Both the position numbers and the translations under genes were made by a program. The notes beneath the pieces were generated by a model. That model searched no databases and had not been told where the DNA came from. It saw only the letters and a program-made list of their open reading frames with translations. A stretch of 27,036 nt of DNA, from IMG/VR virus record IMGVR_UViG_3300033149_002739, positions 1 to 27,036 of that record, one strand, 5' to 3'. The stretch comes from a virus (lineage: Duplodnaviria; Caudoviricetes). This document shows positions 1-7,772 of the stretch, piece by piece (position 1 is the first letter of the stretch; every line of letters starts with the position of its first letter).

Positions 1-156
1 TGCACCGCACGGATTCTCTTTACACGTCGCCGGGTCGAGGTTGATGCCACTGAAGCCGATGTTGATGAAGAACGAGCGCACATTGTCGACGATGTTCGGG
101 GGCGTCCACCAGTCCGTACGCTTGCATTTCTTCTCGACCATGTTGTCTTCCGGCAT
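1..156 (-). CDS. Phage DNA N6-adenine methyltransferase (Dam-like), N-terminal 52 aa; runs off window edge
   Basis: Not in the ORF track. Manual translation from ATG at 156 gives MPEDNMVEKKCKRTDWWTPPNIVDNVRSFFINIGFSGINLDPATCKENPCGA. WxTP followed by LDPA is the typical N-terminus of phage Dam-family MTases. The catalytic NPPY lies outside the window. Confidence 0.7.
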   Translation of the reverse strand, partial: MPEDNMVEKKCKRTDWWTPPNIVDNVRSFFINIGFSGINLDPATCKENPCGA

Positions 157-157
157 G

Positions 158-724
158 CTACCCCCCTACCTGACCGCGGAGTCTCCGCAGCTCTTCGCGA
201 AGCACGGTGAACCGTGCGTCAAGCGCTCTGTAGGCCGTCTCAATGTCGCCACCCGCACGGAGGTGAGCGAAGGAATCCTGAATCAGCCTGTCGTCCGGCT
301 TATCGTTGTCTATCACCGTGAATTGCTTCTGCCGCTCGTACCAGAACATCGCGATGTTCGCGACGTCGACCGGATCGCCCTTCAGAAGGTGCGCAGCAAT
401 GCTCTGGCGCAACGAAGAGGATGACTCCGCGCTCCACCCGTTGTAGCCCTGAACTGCCTTGTGCAGCAGCTTCTCAGCCATCTCGTGGACGAAGCACACG
501 AGCACGTCCGCGAGACCTTCGTCGTCGTCGTCGACCGCGCGTAGGGTGTCGATGACAAACAGCATCGCCAGCGTCTTCTCGTCGTCGATCAGCTTGCCGA
601 ACAGCCTGCACTTCTCCGGCCCATACATGCCGTCGCTGAGAAACTGCTCGACAGCCTTCATGATCTCGTTGATCGCTTCGCTCGCCACATCGTCCCCCGT
701 ATTGGGATTACCACGCCATCCCAC
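158..724 (-). CDS. Hypothetical phage protein with an all-helical 'KGDPVDVANxAMF' domain (possibly NTP-pyrophosphatase-like)
   Basis: 188-aa ORF tightly packed between neighbours. The segment MAEKL..GYNGW..HLLKGDPVDVANIAMFW resembles a recurrent phage domain. Function not established. Confidence 0.6.
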   Translation of the reverse strand: MGWRGNPNTGDDVASEAINEIMKAVEQFLSDGMYGPEKCRLFGKLIDDEKTLAMLFVIDTLRAVDDDDEGLADVLVCFVHEMAEKLLHKAVQGYNGWSAESSSSLRQSIAAHLLKGDPVDVANIAMFWYERQKQFTVIDNDKPDDRLIQDSFAHLRAGGDIETAYRALDARFTVLREELRRLRGQVGG

Positions 725-728
725 AGGC

Positions 729-1514
729 TCAATATCCCGGCTTGTCCAGCTCCACCCACTCGGAGCGCCATACCGACAGCGCGGGCGTGACTATCGGCTT
801 CATCAGCTCCGTAACCTCCTCGCCGGTCAGCCGCGTCTGGTAGTAGCAGCGCTCGAACCCGCCCGGCCATTTCACGCCTTCACGCTGCGATCCGCAGTAG
901 CGCCAATCCGTGTCCCGCAGCTGGTCCCCAAGCGCCTTGTTGAAGCCCTTGGGAAAGACACGCAGCTCGTACTTCGGTAGCAGCTTGTGCCGATACGCGG
1001 CGTCGAGGTCATGCTTGGCAGCGATGCGACAGCACGCGAGCGCGTCAGGCACCGCGCGATGCGGGCGCTCGGGGTACGGAATACCGTAGTCGTGCATGAG
1101 GTGCCCAAGCCTACGAGATCGCACCTTGCCGATGACGTCTTCGTGCTCCAAGTCGTCGCACGTGCAAAGCCACGAGAGCTTCGCGAGGCCCGGCCACATC
1201 AGCTTCACGACCGGGGCGTCGAAGATGGCACCATGTGCAACCGCGTAGCGTGCGAGGCGCGCGTTGACAACATCGCAGGGGTTCCACGCGTCCACGCTGT
1301 CGATGGCGGCGTCGGCCCACCCCTTCGGTATACGGTGAACAGCCGCCGCATCTGCTCCCCAACGCTGCACGTTGTAGATGCGGCCGACCTGGTTGACGAC
1401 CTCATCGGTCTCCGTGTCGTAGAGCACGAGCCCAAGCTCCAACACCTCAGGCACCAGAGACTCCGTCCCCTCGACCTCTCCGCTCGTCTCAATGTCGACA
1501 CCGAGGATGAACAC
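729..1514 (-). CDS. DEDDh (DnaQ-like) 3'-5' exonuclease
   Basis: ExoI GVDIETSG, ExoII VAHGAIFD, ExoIII HRAVPDA. Start placed at GTG 1514, 5 nt after AGGAGG (1525-1520); the ORF track uses 1520. Confidence 0.9.
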   Translation of the reverse strand: MFILGVDIETSGEVEGTESLVPEVLELGLVLYDTETDEVVNQVGRIYNVQRWGADAAAVHRIPKGWADAAIDSVDAWNPCDVVNARLARYAVAHGAIFDAPVVKLMWPGLAKLSWLCTCDDLEHEDVIGKVRSRRLGHLMHDYGIPYPERPHRAVPDALACCRIAAKHDLDAAYRHKLLPKYELRVFPKGFNKALGDQLRDTDWRYCGSQREGVKWPGGFERCYYQTRLTGEEVTELMKPIVTPALSVWRSEWVELDKPGY

Positions 1515-1531
1515 GCACACCTCCTACCCTA

Positions 1532-1559
1532 CTAATCGGCCGGAGCCGGAGCTTCCCGC
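1532..1559 (-). promoter_or_regulatory. Bipartite motif copy 1 (GCGG-N14-GGCCGATTAG), candidate phage-specific promoter
   Basis: Minus strand aGCGG gaagctccggctcc GGCCGATTAG, about 18 nt upstream of the exonuclease start. Same spacing at 6297-6324 and 20754-20781. Confidence 0.7.
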
Positions 1560-1568
1560 TCCGGCTCC
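1542..1568. repeat. Perfect 11-bp inverted repeat with 5-nt loop
   Basis: ggagccggagc-ttccc-gctccggctcc, intergenic. Confidence 0.9.
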
Positions 1569-1573
1569 TTCAG

Positions 1574-1604
1574 AAAAAGCCAACTGCCCTTGATCGGCAG
1601 CAGC
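1574..1604 (-). terminator. Putative Rho-independent terminator
   Basis: Minus strand gctgctgcc-gatcaag-ggcagttggc-ttttt directly after the stop codon at 1606. The stem is imperfect. Confidence 0.55.
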
Positions 1605-1605
1605 G

Positions 1606-2064
1606 TCACTCCCCCTTCCTCTTCCCCTTCTGAATGACGAATCCAGCCTGCGCCGCTCTCCCCTCGTTCGTCACTACAGTCGGGCTCATGATCGACTTGA
1701 CGCCAGCTGTCACGCCCGTGTGCCGCACCTGGGAGCTGGACTGCAGCCTGCCGCGACCGGGCGGGGCAACCATCAGCGGTCGCGATGCCAGGTTCGGGTC
1801 GAGCACGTTGTCGACCTTCATCGTCGGAGAGGCCGGCTTCTTCACCACCTGCAACGCAAGCGCAGCCACGGGATCCTGCGGGAGTCCCTGACTCTGCCTC
1901 CCCAGCTTCTCGTGCCCTGCGACACGGATGTGCGTGTACGAGTTCTCTCCCACGTCACGCAGGATCGTCAGAAAGCGTAGCTCGACCGGAGTCTCGGCAC
2001 GAAGAACATACCGAACCTCCTCCGAATGCCCTCCCGGCGTCGGTCCGAGGAACTCAACCTTCAC
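1606..2064 (-). CDS. Hypothetical protein
   Basis: 152 aa. GTGA overlap with the upstream gene, GGAGG SD, followed by a terminator-like hairpin. Confidence 0.7.
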   Translation of the reverse strand: MKVEFLGPTPGGHSEEVRYVLRAETPVELRFLTILRDVGENSYTHIRVAGHEKLGRQSQGLPQDPVAALALQVVKKPASPTMKVDNVLDPNLASRPLMVAPPGRGRLQSSSQVRHTGVTAGVKSIMSPTVVTNEGRAAQAGFVIQKGKRKGE

Positions 2065-2312
2065 GCCTTGCCCTCCCTCTGCAGCGGCGGACGCTTGCCC
2101 TCGATCTCCTTCGCAACCACCTGATCCGTCACACCGCGCACAATCGGGTCGAGCGCACGGTGAAGCGCCTCAAGCCCGGGGTACGTTGCGGCGAAGAGCA
2201 AGTTGAGCGGACGTCCGGCCACCGGCGCCGGATCCTGCAGGATCACCTCGTAGACAGGATCACCCGACGGCGTGTGGTCCGTCCGATGCCGTTTCACGGT
2301 CACTTGCAGCAT
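2061..2312 (-). CDS. Hypothetical protein
   Basis: ATG at 2312 (MLQVTVKRH..., 83 aa) preceded by GGAG at 8 nt spacing. Fills the gap between neighbours. Confidence 0.6.
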   Translation of the reverse strand: MLQVTVKRHRTDHTPSGDPVYEVILQDPAPVAGRPLNLLFAATYPGLEALHRALDPIVRGVTDQVVAKEIEGKRPPLQREGKA

Positions 2313-2625
2313 CTGCGTACTCCGTACGTGAAGGTTCGACGACTCCCAACCCTGCCATTGTAGGGTGGTCTCGCTTTCCCTGCGGCGGTCTCGGGATGAA
2401 CCCCTTGTTCGTGAGCAGGACAAGCGCGCCGTTCGTGCGCACCATATAGAACGGCTTTCTGCACTTGTAGCACGTCATCGGCTCCCCCGATCGGGGAATG
2501 TTGACACCCGGCGTGATCTGGCGGAAGTCGCTACTCAGTATCTGTGCACCTGGTTGAACGTCGCCCACGTACCAGAAAAGCGGCGTCCGGCAATGCGCGC
2601 AGTGAACCTTGAGCGGGTTAGGCAC
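2260..2625 (-). CDS. Zinc-ribbon protein (CAHC...CYKC)
   Basis: GTG at 2625 overlaps the end of the upstream gene. Two CxxC pairs about 40 aa apart. Confidence 0.7.
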   Translation of the reverse strand: MPNPLKVHCAHCRTPLFWYVGDVQPGAQILSSDFRQITPGVNIPRSGEPMTCYKCRKPFYMVRTNGALVLLTNKGFIPRPPQGKRDHPTMAGLGVVEPSRTEYADAASDRETASDGPHAVG

Positions 2626-3301
2626 TGAGCTTTTTGACCACCTTCTGCGCCGCACGGATGCCGACGCGGCTGCACACACGAACCTCGCTCAACGTCTCCT
2701 TCGCGCGCGCGAGTCGCGAGTTGAGAGTTTCGAGTCGTGTCTCGGCCACTTTCAGCTCTCCCGGCAGCGCTGCCTTCTTGCACGATACGACAAGCTTCTT
2801 CACGTCGCGAATGGATGCCTGCACACGCTTCAGGCGGTCGAGCGCCACACCCGCCTTGTCCGCAGCCTTGTCCTCAGCCTTGTGGAGACGGTCAAGAGCC
2901 TTCTTGAGCTTGATTTTGTCGGCGCTCTTCTGAGCGCATTTCATCTTGCGCCTAAGCGCTGTCAAGCACTTCTTGACCTCCACCGGCTTCCGCATCTCGC
3001 GGGCCTTCAGAGAGCGAATGTCTGCGCTGAGCGATGGCGCATAGTAGAACGAGAGCCGCTGTCCGTTCGGTGCGTCAGCCTGCAATAGGAAGCGCGCGAA
3101 CCGCGAAACGATCGGACTACGGATGCGGTAGCCGGTCACACCCGAAGGCACGAAGTCGGTGAGAGGCACCTCCGGCGGAACGACTGCCAGCAGCTTTCCG
3201 ACGATGACGCTCGGGCTCCTCCCGTGACGCACCTCATAGCACACCCTCTTGTTGAGTAGCTTGCGATGCTCGTCGCTCGCCTCTATCAAGCGCTTCGTCA
3301 T
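2618..3301 (-). CDS. Basic protein: N-terminal beta domain (paralogous to 23688-24020) plus Lys/Arg-rich coiled coil
   Basis: 227 aa, AGGA SD. The C-terminal half is K/R/A/L-rich and heptad-like. Confidence 0.75.
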   Translation of the reverse strand: MTKRLIEASDEHRKLLNKRVCYEVRHGRSPSVIVGKLLAVVPPEVPLTDFVPSGVTGYRIRSPIVSRFARFLLQADAPNGQRLSFYYAPSLSADIRSLKAREMRKPVEVKKCLTALRRKMKCAQKSADKIKLKKALDRLHKAEDKAADKAGVALDRLKRVQASIRDVKKLVVSCKKAALPGELKVAETRLETLNSRLARAKETLSEVRVCSRVGIRAAQKVVKKLSA

Positions 3302-3334
3302 TTCGAGTCCTTCCTGCGGGCCTCCGTTTCAAGA

Positions 3335-3363
3335 ATTGAACACTGCGGGGCGCCTTATGTCAA
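3335..3363 (-). promoter_or_regulatory. Possible sigma70-type promoter TTGACA-N17-TTCAAT
   Basis: Perfect -35 at 3363-3358, 17-nt spacer, imperfect -10 (4/6) at 3340-3335, in a 58-nt intergenic gap. Confidence 0.45.
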
Positions 3364-3845
3364 GAAGGCGCCTGCGCTTCGCCGCTGTCAGCAGGCTGAA
3401 CTTTCCCCCGATCCGCCAGCTCCTTCATCGCACTATCCAGCTCTTCGTCAGTGACGAGCCCCTTTTTCATAAGCGCGCGCCCGTAGCCACGAAGGTGAAG
3501 GGCGAGGTTCACGCGAGCGCGATCGACATTCTGGGCCTGAACCTGAAGCATCGCGATGTGCAAGCTCACAAAGCTCGACAACGACTCCGCGAACATGTAG
3601 ATGTCCGCAGCGGTCGGGTTGCGTTTCTTCTTGACGCACGTGCCAAAGCGGTCGAGCATCGCAGCAAGCGCCTCGGCATAGTTCTTCAGCGCCTGCTCAG
3701 ATTCCTCAGCGGTCCGCGGCACCGATCTCCTGTGTGGCCCGTCGGTAGCAGCCTTCGCGGCCCTCTTGATCTGTTCGAGGTCGATGATATTCTCCTGCCG
3801 CTCACGTACAACGTGCGGCGGAAGAACGAGTCTGCCGTCAGTCAT
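3360..3845 (-). CDS. Hypothetical helical protein
   Basis: ATG at 3845, just after the RNR stop, with GAGG upstream. 161 aa. Confidence 0.75.
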   Translation of the reverse strand: MTDGRLVLPPHVVRERQENIIDLEQIKRAAKAATDGPHRRSVPRTAEESEQALKNYAEALAAMLDRFGTCVKKKRNPTAADIYMFAESLSSFVSLHIAMLQVQAQNVDRARVNLALHLRGYGRALMKKGLVTDEELDSAMKELADRGKVQPADSGEAQAPS

Positions 3846-3850
3846 GTACC

Positions 3851-6256
3851 TCAACCCTCGCACAAAGATGCTGCGCACGCCTTACACACCCAACATCCGC
3901 TTTCCTTAACCCACGAGCGAAGCTTCTTGTCACATGGACACAGCTCCGCGCCCTCGATGTCAACCCACCCGTCCGGCGTCTGCGCGGCGGTCCCGTACCG
4001 CTGCAGAGCCACCGCGATGGCGTCCGGCACCGACGTGACAAGCGTCGGCCTGACGTCTTCTTTGTGGAGCCAGACACGCTGCACAAACCCGGACTGTATG
4101 CCACGCAGACTACGCGCAAGCCGCTCCGGCGTGAGCCCATGTTGCAAGGCCACCGATGTGAGGATGCCCAAAGCCTTCGCGTAGGAGTCGAGCATCGGCT
4201 CTGTCTTCGAGTGTGACACCGACACCTCGATCGGCATCTGATCGTCGTCGCTCAGCCCGATCGACAGGAGCACACGGTTGTGCTCCGCATCGCGGAAGGC
4301 GATGCGTTTGGCGTCGATGACAGGGGGTAGGCGGTCGAAGATCGGCGTAGGTTCTACCCGCCCCGGCTTCGCAGTCGGCTTCTTCTCCAGCTCGCGCGAT
4401 AGAACCTCGTCACGGCTACCCTCGCGGTAGACGGTAATGCCTTTGCAGCCCGACTTGTAGGCTGTCGCGTACAGCTCACGCGTCACGCTCTCCGGCGTGT
4501 CCCGCGGGAGGTTGATCGTCGAGCTGATGGACGCGTCGATGTACGTCTGGACCGCAGCCTGCAGCGCTACGCGGTCCTTCCAGTTGATCTCATAGGCGCC
4601 CACGAAGTAATCGGGTAGCACCGTGTCGTCTGTCAGCTCGACGCCGTTCGCAGCTGCCCAAGCCTCGACGACCGGCTCGTACGCCGTGTAGACCTCCCCG
4701 GTCCCGGAGGTGGCGTTGTAGACCTTGCGCCGGTACTGGAAGGCGAAGAACGGCTCGATGCCGCTGCTCGTCTGCGCCCACACCGCGACCGTGCCCGTCG
4801 GCGCCACCGTGTTGAGCGCGACATTGCGTAGACCGTATTTCTGGATCTCCGCCCGCACCGACTCCGAGAGACGACTGATGATGGGAACGTGCTGATGCTT
4901 CTCCCAGTCATACTCGCAGAAGGGGCCGTCTTCATAGGAGATCCGCGCGCTCTCGCTGTACTCCCAGTCGAGCATGCGGCGCGCGATGGTTTCCACGACC
5001 TCGATCGACGCAGGCGACCCGTAGATGAGCCCGAGGCGGATGAACAGATCCGCAAGCCCGAGGATGCCGACGCCGATACGGTTGAGCATCAAGCCGCGCG
5101 CCTTCATCTCCGGCAGCGGGTAGCGCTCCTCCTCATCCTCGATCTCGTTGATGCGGTTGAGGAAGCGCACCGCCGCGCGCGTCGTCTGCTCCAACCCCTC
5201 CCAGTCGATCCTCGCCTGCGGCGTGAACGGATCGATGACGTGGCGCGCGAGGTTCACATGACCGAGGCAGCAGTAGCCATAGGCCTCAAGCGGCTGCTCC
5301 CCGCAAGGGTTAACACCTTTGACGTGCCACTTCTCGTCGTAGTAGTTGCTCGGGCTCTCCCGACAGATGGTGTCCCAGAAGAGGATGCCCGGCTCGGCAG
5401 AGGCGTGTGCGCGGCGTGTCATCTCGTTCCACAGGTCGCGGGCCTGAATACGCCGGCTGACGACCTCAGTGCCACCCTTCGATTCGTTGCGGAAGATCAG
5501 GTCGAACCCAGTGCCCAGCTCGACCGCTGCCATGAACGGATCTGACACCTTGACGGAGATGTTCGCGTAGCGGACACGCCGACGCTCGCCGATCCAGCTC
5601 CCAAAGCCGTCCGGCTTGTCACGCTGACCACTGTCAACAGCAAGCGCTGCCGCAATCCACTCCGGCCGCACGTCGTCCTTACAGCTGAGAAAGCGCTCGA
5701 CATCAGGGTGGTCAACGGGAATGGTGAACATGGCGGCCCCGCGGCGCCCGTGCTGCCCCACCGTACCCGTCACCTGAGAGAACACGTCGAGATAGCTCAC
5801 CGCCCCGCTCGACACCCGCGCGCAGTTGGCGACCTTCGCCTGCGCCGGGCGGAGCGTGCCGATGTCCGAGCCGACGCCCCCGCCATAGCTGTAAGTGCGG
5901 CTCATCTCGTATGCGAACTTGAAGATGCCGTCGAGACTGTCTTCCGTGATCGGAATGAAGTAGCAGTTGCGCAGGCTCGCGCGGAAGTGCGGATTCCCGA
6001 GCCCGTACATGATGCGCCCAGCCGGGCACAGCTTGCGCTCTCGCAGTGCCTGCCGCCCGTAGCTCCCCTCCTCGAACCCAAGTCCGATGGCATCCGCCCA
6101 GCGCTCACAGCTCTCCTGCGGCGTCTTCTCGGTCGGAGCGTTACCGTCCCCCTGAAGCGCGTACTTGTCGAACCACACATTCGCGTTCATGGTAAAGCGG
6201 TCGCCGCCGAAGAAGTCGAGAGCTTCCGCGGTTACGCCCTCACGGACACCCTGCAT
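3851..6256 (-). CDS. nrdJ: Class II (adenosylcobalamin-dependent) ribonucleotide reductase
   Basis: PAGRI, LRNCY, GGGVG, RRGA, finger loop NPCGEQPL, CCLGHVNL, TVAPTGT, SSGIEP, SISSTINLP, KGITVYREGSR. C-terminal TSCPD-like domain (TSVPD) and Cys-rich tail. No NrdB nearby and no ATP cone. Confidence 0.93.
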   Translation of the reverse strand: MQGVREGVTAEALDFFGGDRFTMNANVWFDKYALQGDGNAPTEKTPQESCERWADAIGLGFEEGSYGRQALRERKLCPAGRIMYGLGNPHFRASLRNCYFIPITEDSLDGIFKFAYEMSRTYSYGGGVGSDIGTLRPAQAKVANCARVSSGAVSYLDVFSQVTGTVGQHGRRGAAMFTIPVDHPDVERFLSCKDDVRPEWIAAALAVDSGQRDKPDGFGSWIGERRRVRYANISVKVSDPFMAAVELGTGFDLIFRNESKGGTEVVSRRIQARDLWNEMTRRAHASAEPGILFWDTICRESPSNYYDEKWHVKGVNPCGEQPLEAYGYCCLGHVNLARHVIDPFTPQARIDWEGLEQTTRAAVRFLNRINEIEDEEERYPLPEMKARGLMLNRIGVGILGLADLFIRLGLIYGSPASIEVVETIARRMLDWEYSESARISYEDGPFCEYDWEKHQHVPIISRLSESVRAEIQKYGLRNVALNTVAPTGTVAVWAQTSSGIEPFFAFQYRRKVYNATSGTGEVYTAYEPVVEAWAAANGVELTDDTVLPDYFVGAYEINWKDRVALQAAVQTYIDASISSTINLPRDTPESVTRELYATAYKSGCKGITVYREGSRDEVLSRELEKKPTAKPGRVEPTPIFDRLPPVIDAKRIAFRDAEHNRVLLSIGLSDDDQMPIEVSVSHSKTEPMLDSYAKALGILTSVALQHGLTPERLARSLRGIQSGFVQRVWLHKEDVRPTLVTSVPDAIAVALQRYGTAAQTPDGWVDIEGAELCPCDKKLRSWVKESGCWVCKACAASLCEG

Positions 6257-6296
6257 CCGTCGTCTCCCTGCGTTCCTGCCTATCGTGTCTACATGT

Positions 6297-6324
6297 CTAA
6301 TCGGCCAGGAGGGGGCGATGCCGC
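6297..6324 (-). promoter_or_regulatory. Bipartite motif copy 2 (GCGG-N14-GGCCGATTAG)
   Basis: Minus strand tGCGG catcgccccctcct GGCCGATTAG in the intergenic gap, 40 nt upstream of nrdJ. Confidence 0.7.
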
Positions 6325-6325
6325 A

Positions 6326-7201
6326 CTATTTTCCGCGTTTCATCAGAGCTTCGAGGCGGTTCCTGTACCAACCCTTCGGCTGCTGCCGCCTCTCGACCTT
6401 CTTCAGGTCGTCGGGAAGGGCAGGCCGCATGACCAGCCGACAGCGACAGTTGTACCGACAGATGGTCTGTCCGGCCCGGGGTGTCGTCGGGAGCGTCATG
6501 CGCGAGTACGGAGACCAGCCCTGCAGGAAACGACACGAGGCGCAGACCTTACGGTCCATCGCTGTCACCCAGTCGACGATCATATGGTCCGGGCTGCCAA
6601 CGATCCGCCCGGAGTAGTAGATGTGCTTCAGTGTCGCGACGTACGCGTTGATGCGCTTCGCGATCTCCTTCTCTGATGCCTTGCCGGCTATCACCTTGCG
6701 AAGGAACACGCGGAGGTACCGCAGCTCCTCCTCAACGGCACTCTGCAGCCATGCCTTCTCGCGCCTGCCGATGCGCAGCTTCCCGGTGATTGCCTCCGTG
6801 CCGGCCGACTCGACGCCGACCTTGAACATCGCCTCATGCGCGCCCTTCACGAGACGTATCGCATTCTGATGCAACCGCATCGCCGTGTGCTCGCCCTTCT
6901 GGAAACGCTTGATCTCCCGGGCGAGCTTGTCCTGCATCGTCATCGACTGATGCTGAACCTGCTGGTTCGCAACCTGTGTCTTCGCCTTGCGTGTGCGCCT
7001 GAAGAGCTTGCCAAGCCCGCCGACAACCCACTTCGCCGCCTTCGCCGCGCCGGTGACGACCTTGCTCAGCGCACGCTGAACGAAGCCGGACTTCGAGGCG
7101 TCGAAGTCGGTCAGGCTCTTCGACTCGACGAGGTGCAGCTGGATGTCGTTGATGTCCTGCTCGTCAAGCTCAACGATGACCTCGTCAACGAGAAGAACCA
7201 T
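6326..7201 (-). CDS. Head morphogenesis / minor head protein (SPP1 gp7 / Mu gpF-like)
   Basis: C-terminal W...DRKVCASC...PRAGQTICRYNCRCRL is typical of this family. Lies downstream of the portal gene. Confidence 0.75.
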   Translation of the reverse strand: MVLLVDEVIVELDEQDINDIQLHLVESKSLTDFDASKSGFVQRALSKVVTGAAKAAKWVVGGLGKLFRRTRKAKTQVANQQVQHQSMTMQDKLAREIKRFQKGEHTAMRLHQNAIRLVKGAHEAMFKVGVESAGTEAITGKLRIGRREKAWLQSAVEEELRYLRVFLRKVIAGKASEKEIAKRINAYVATLKHIYYSGRIVGSPDHMIVDWVTAMDRKVCASCRFLQGWSPYSRMTLPTTPRAGQTICRYNCRCRLVMRPALPDDLKKVERRQQPKGWYRNRLEALMKRGK

Positions 7202-7772
7202 ACTTCCGCCACCTGTATGAGCTGCCTTCGATGGTGTAGCACCATCCCTCTGTAATCGCCAGCACCGCTACATGCTCGATAATGCATCGCCCACACGAAC
7301 GCAGGAAGACAACGTGCGGGTCGCGGAAATGCACCTCCCAGGAGCCCTCCAGCCGCTTGCGTCCGTGGTAGAGGATGACGCGCGACCACAAACAGCGCGA
7401 GAGGTCGATGCCGGCGACGCTGTCCAACTCCAGCACACCAGGCGGTTGACGGTGCCCCCGCTCTCGCTCGGAGAGCTTGCGGTGGTCTTCTCCCTGCAGG
7501 AAGTTGCGGAGGTAGCGGGAGGCGCGAAACCGTGGCGTGAGACGAGGCGGGATCTTGCGGACGACGCGCACCCCCTGCCCGAGGCGGAAGCGGTCGACAT
7601 GCTCACGGGCTGGTTGCTTCGCGGCATAGATGGCACCGAGCCCGGGGAGGCGGACCTCTGTGCCGTCGTGCAACGCCTCCCGTGCCTCCGCCGAGAGCGT
7701 CGACAGGACACGAGTCGCCGTGTCCCTGCTGACGCCGAGACGTACCGCAAAGCGTGTCGCAAAGTCGCTCAT
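7185..7772 (-). CDS. HU/IHF-family DNA-binding protein with C-terminal extension
   Basis: Two N-terminal helices, then VRLPGLGAI (cf. V.L.GFG.F) and IPPRLTPRFRASRYLR (cf. IPA...P.F.A.K.LK). About 100 extra C-terminal residues. Confidence 0.8.
   Translation of the reverse strand: MSDFATRFAVRLGVSRDTATRVLSTLSAEAREALHDGTEVRLPGLGAIYAAKQPAREHVDRFRLGQGVRVVRKIPPRLTPRFRASRYLRNFLQGEDHRKLSERERGHRQPPGVLELDSVAGIDLSRCLWSRVILYHGRKRLEGSWEVHFRDPHVVFLRSCGRCIIEHVAVLAITEGWCYTIEGSSYRWRKYGSSR

Noticed and set aside
1570-1608. UGA followed by a hairpin, suggesting selenocysteine or read-through
   Set aside because: A second in-frame TGA follows 12 codons later and the frame does not join the next gene. A terminator explains the hairpin.
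6285-6298. TAGACA direct repeat / partial NrdR-box-like ACATGTAG upstream of nrdJ
   Set aside because: Only part of the palindromic NrdR consensus matches and there is no second box.
7252-7262. Near-match TGGCGATTAC to the -10 of the bipartite motif
   Set aside because: It has a mismatch in the core and no GCGG at the required spacing. Other partial matches checked by eye also failed.
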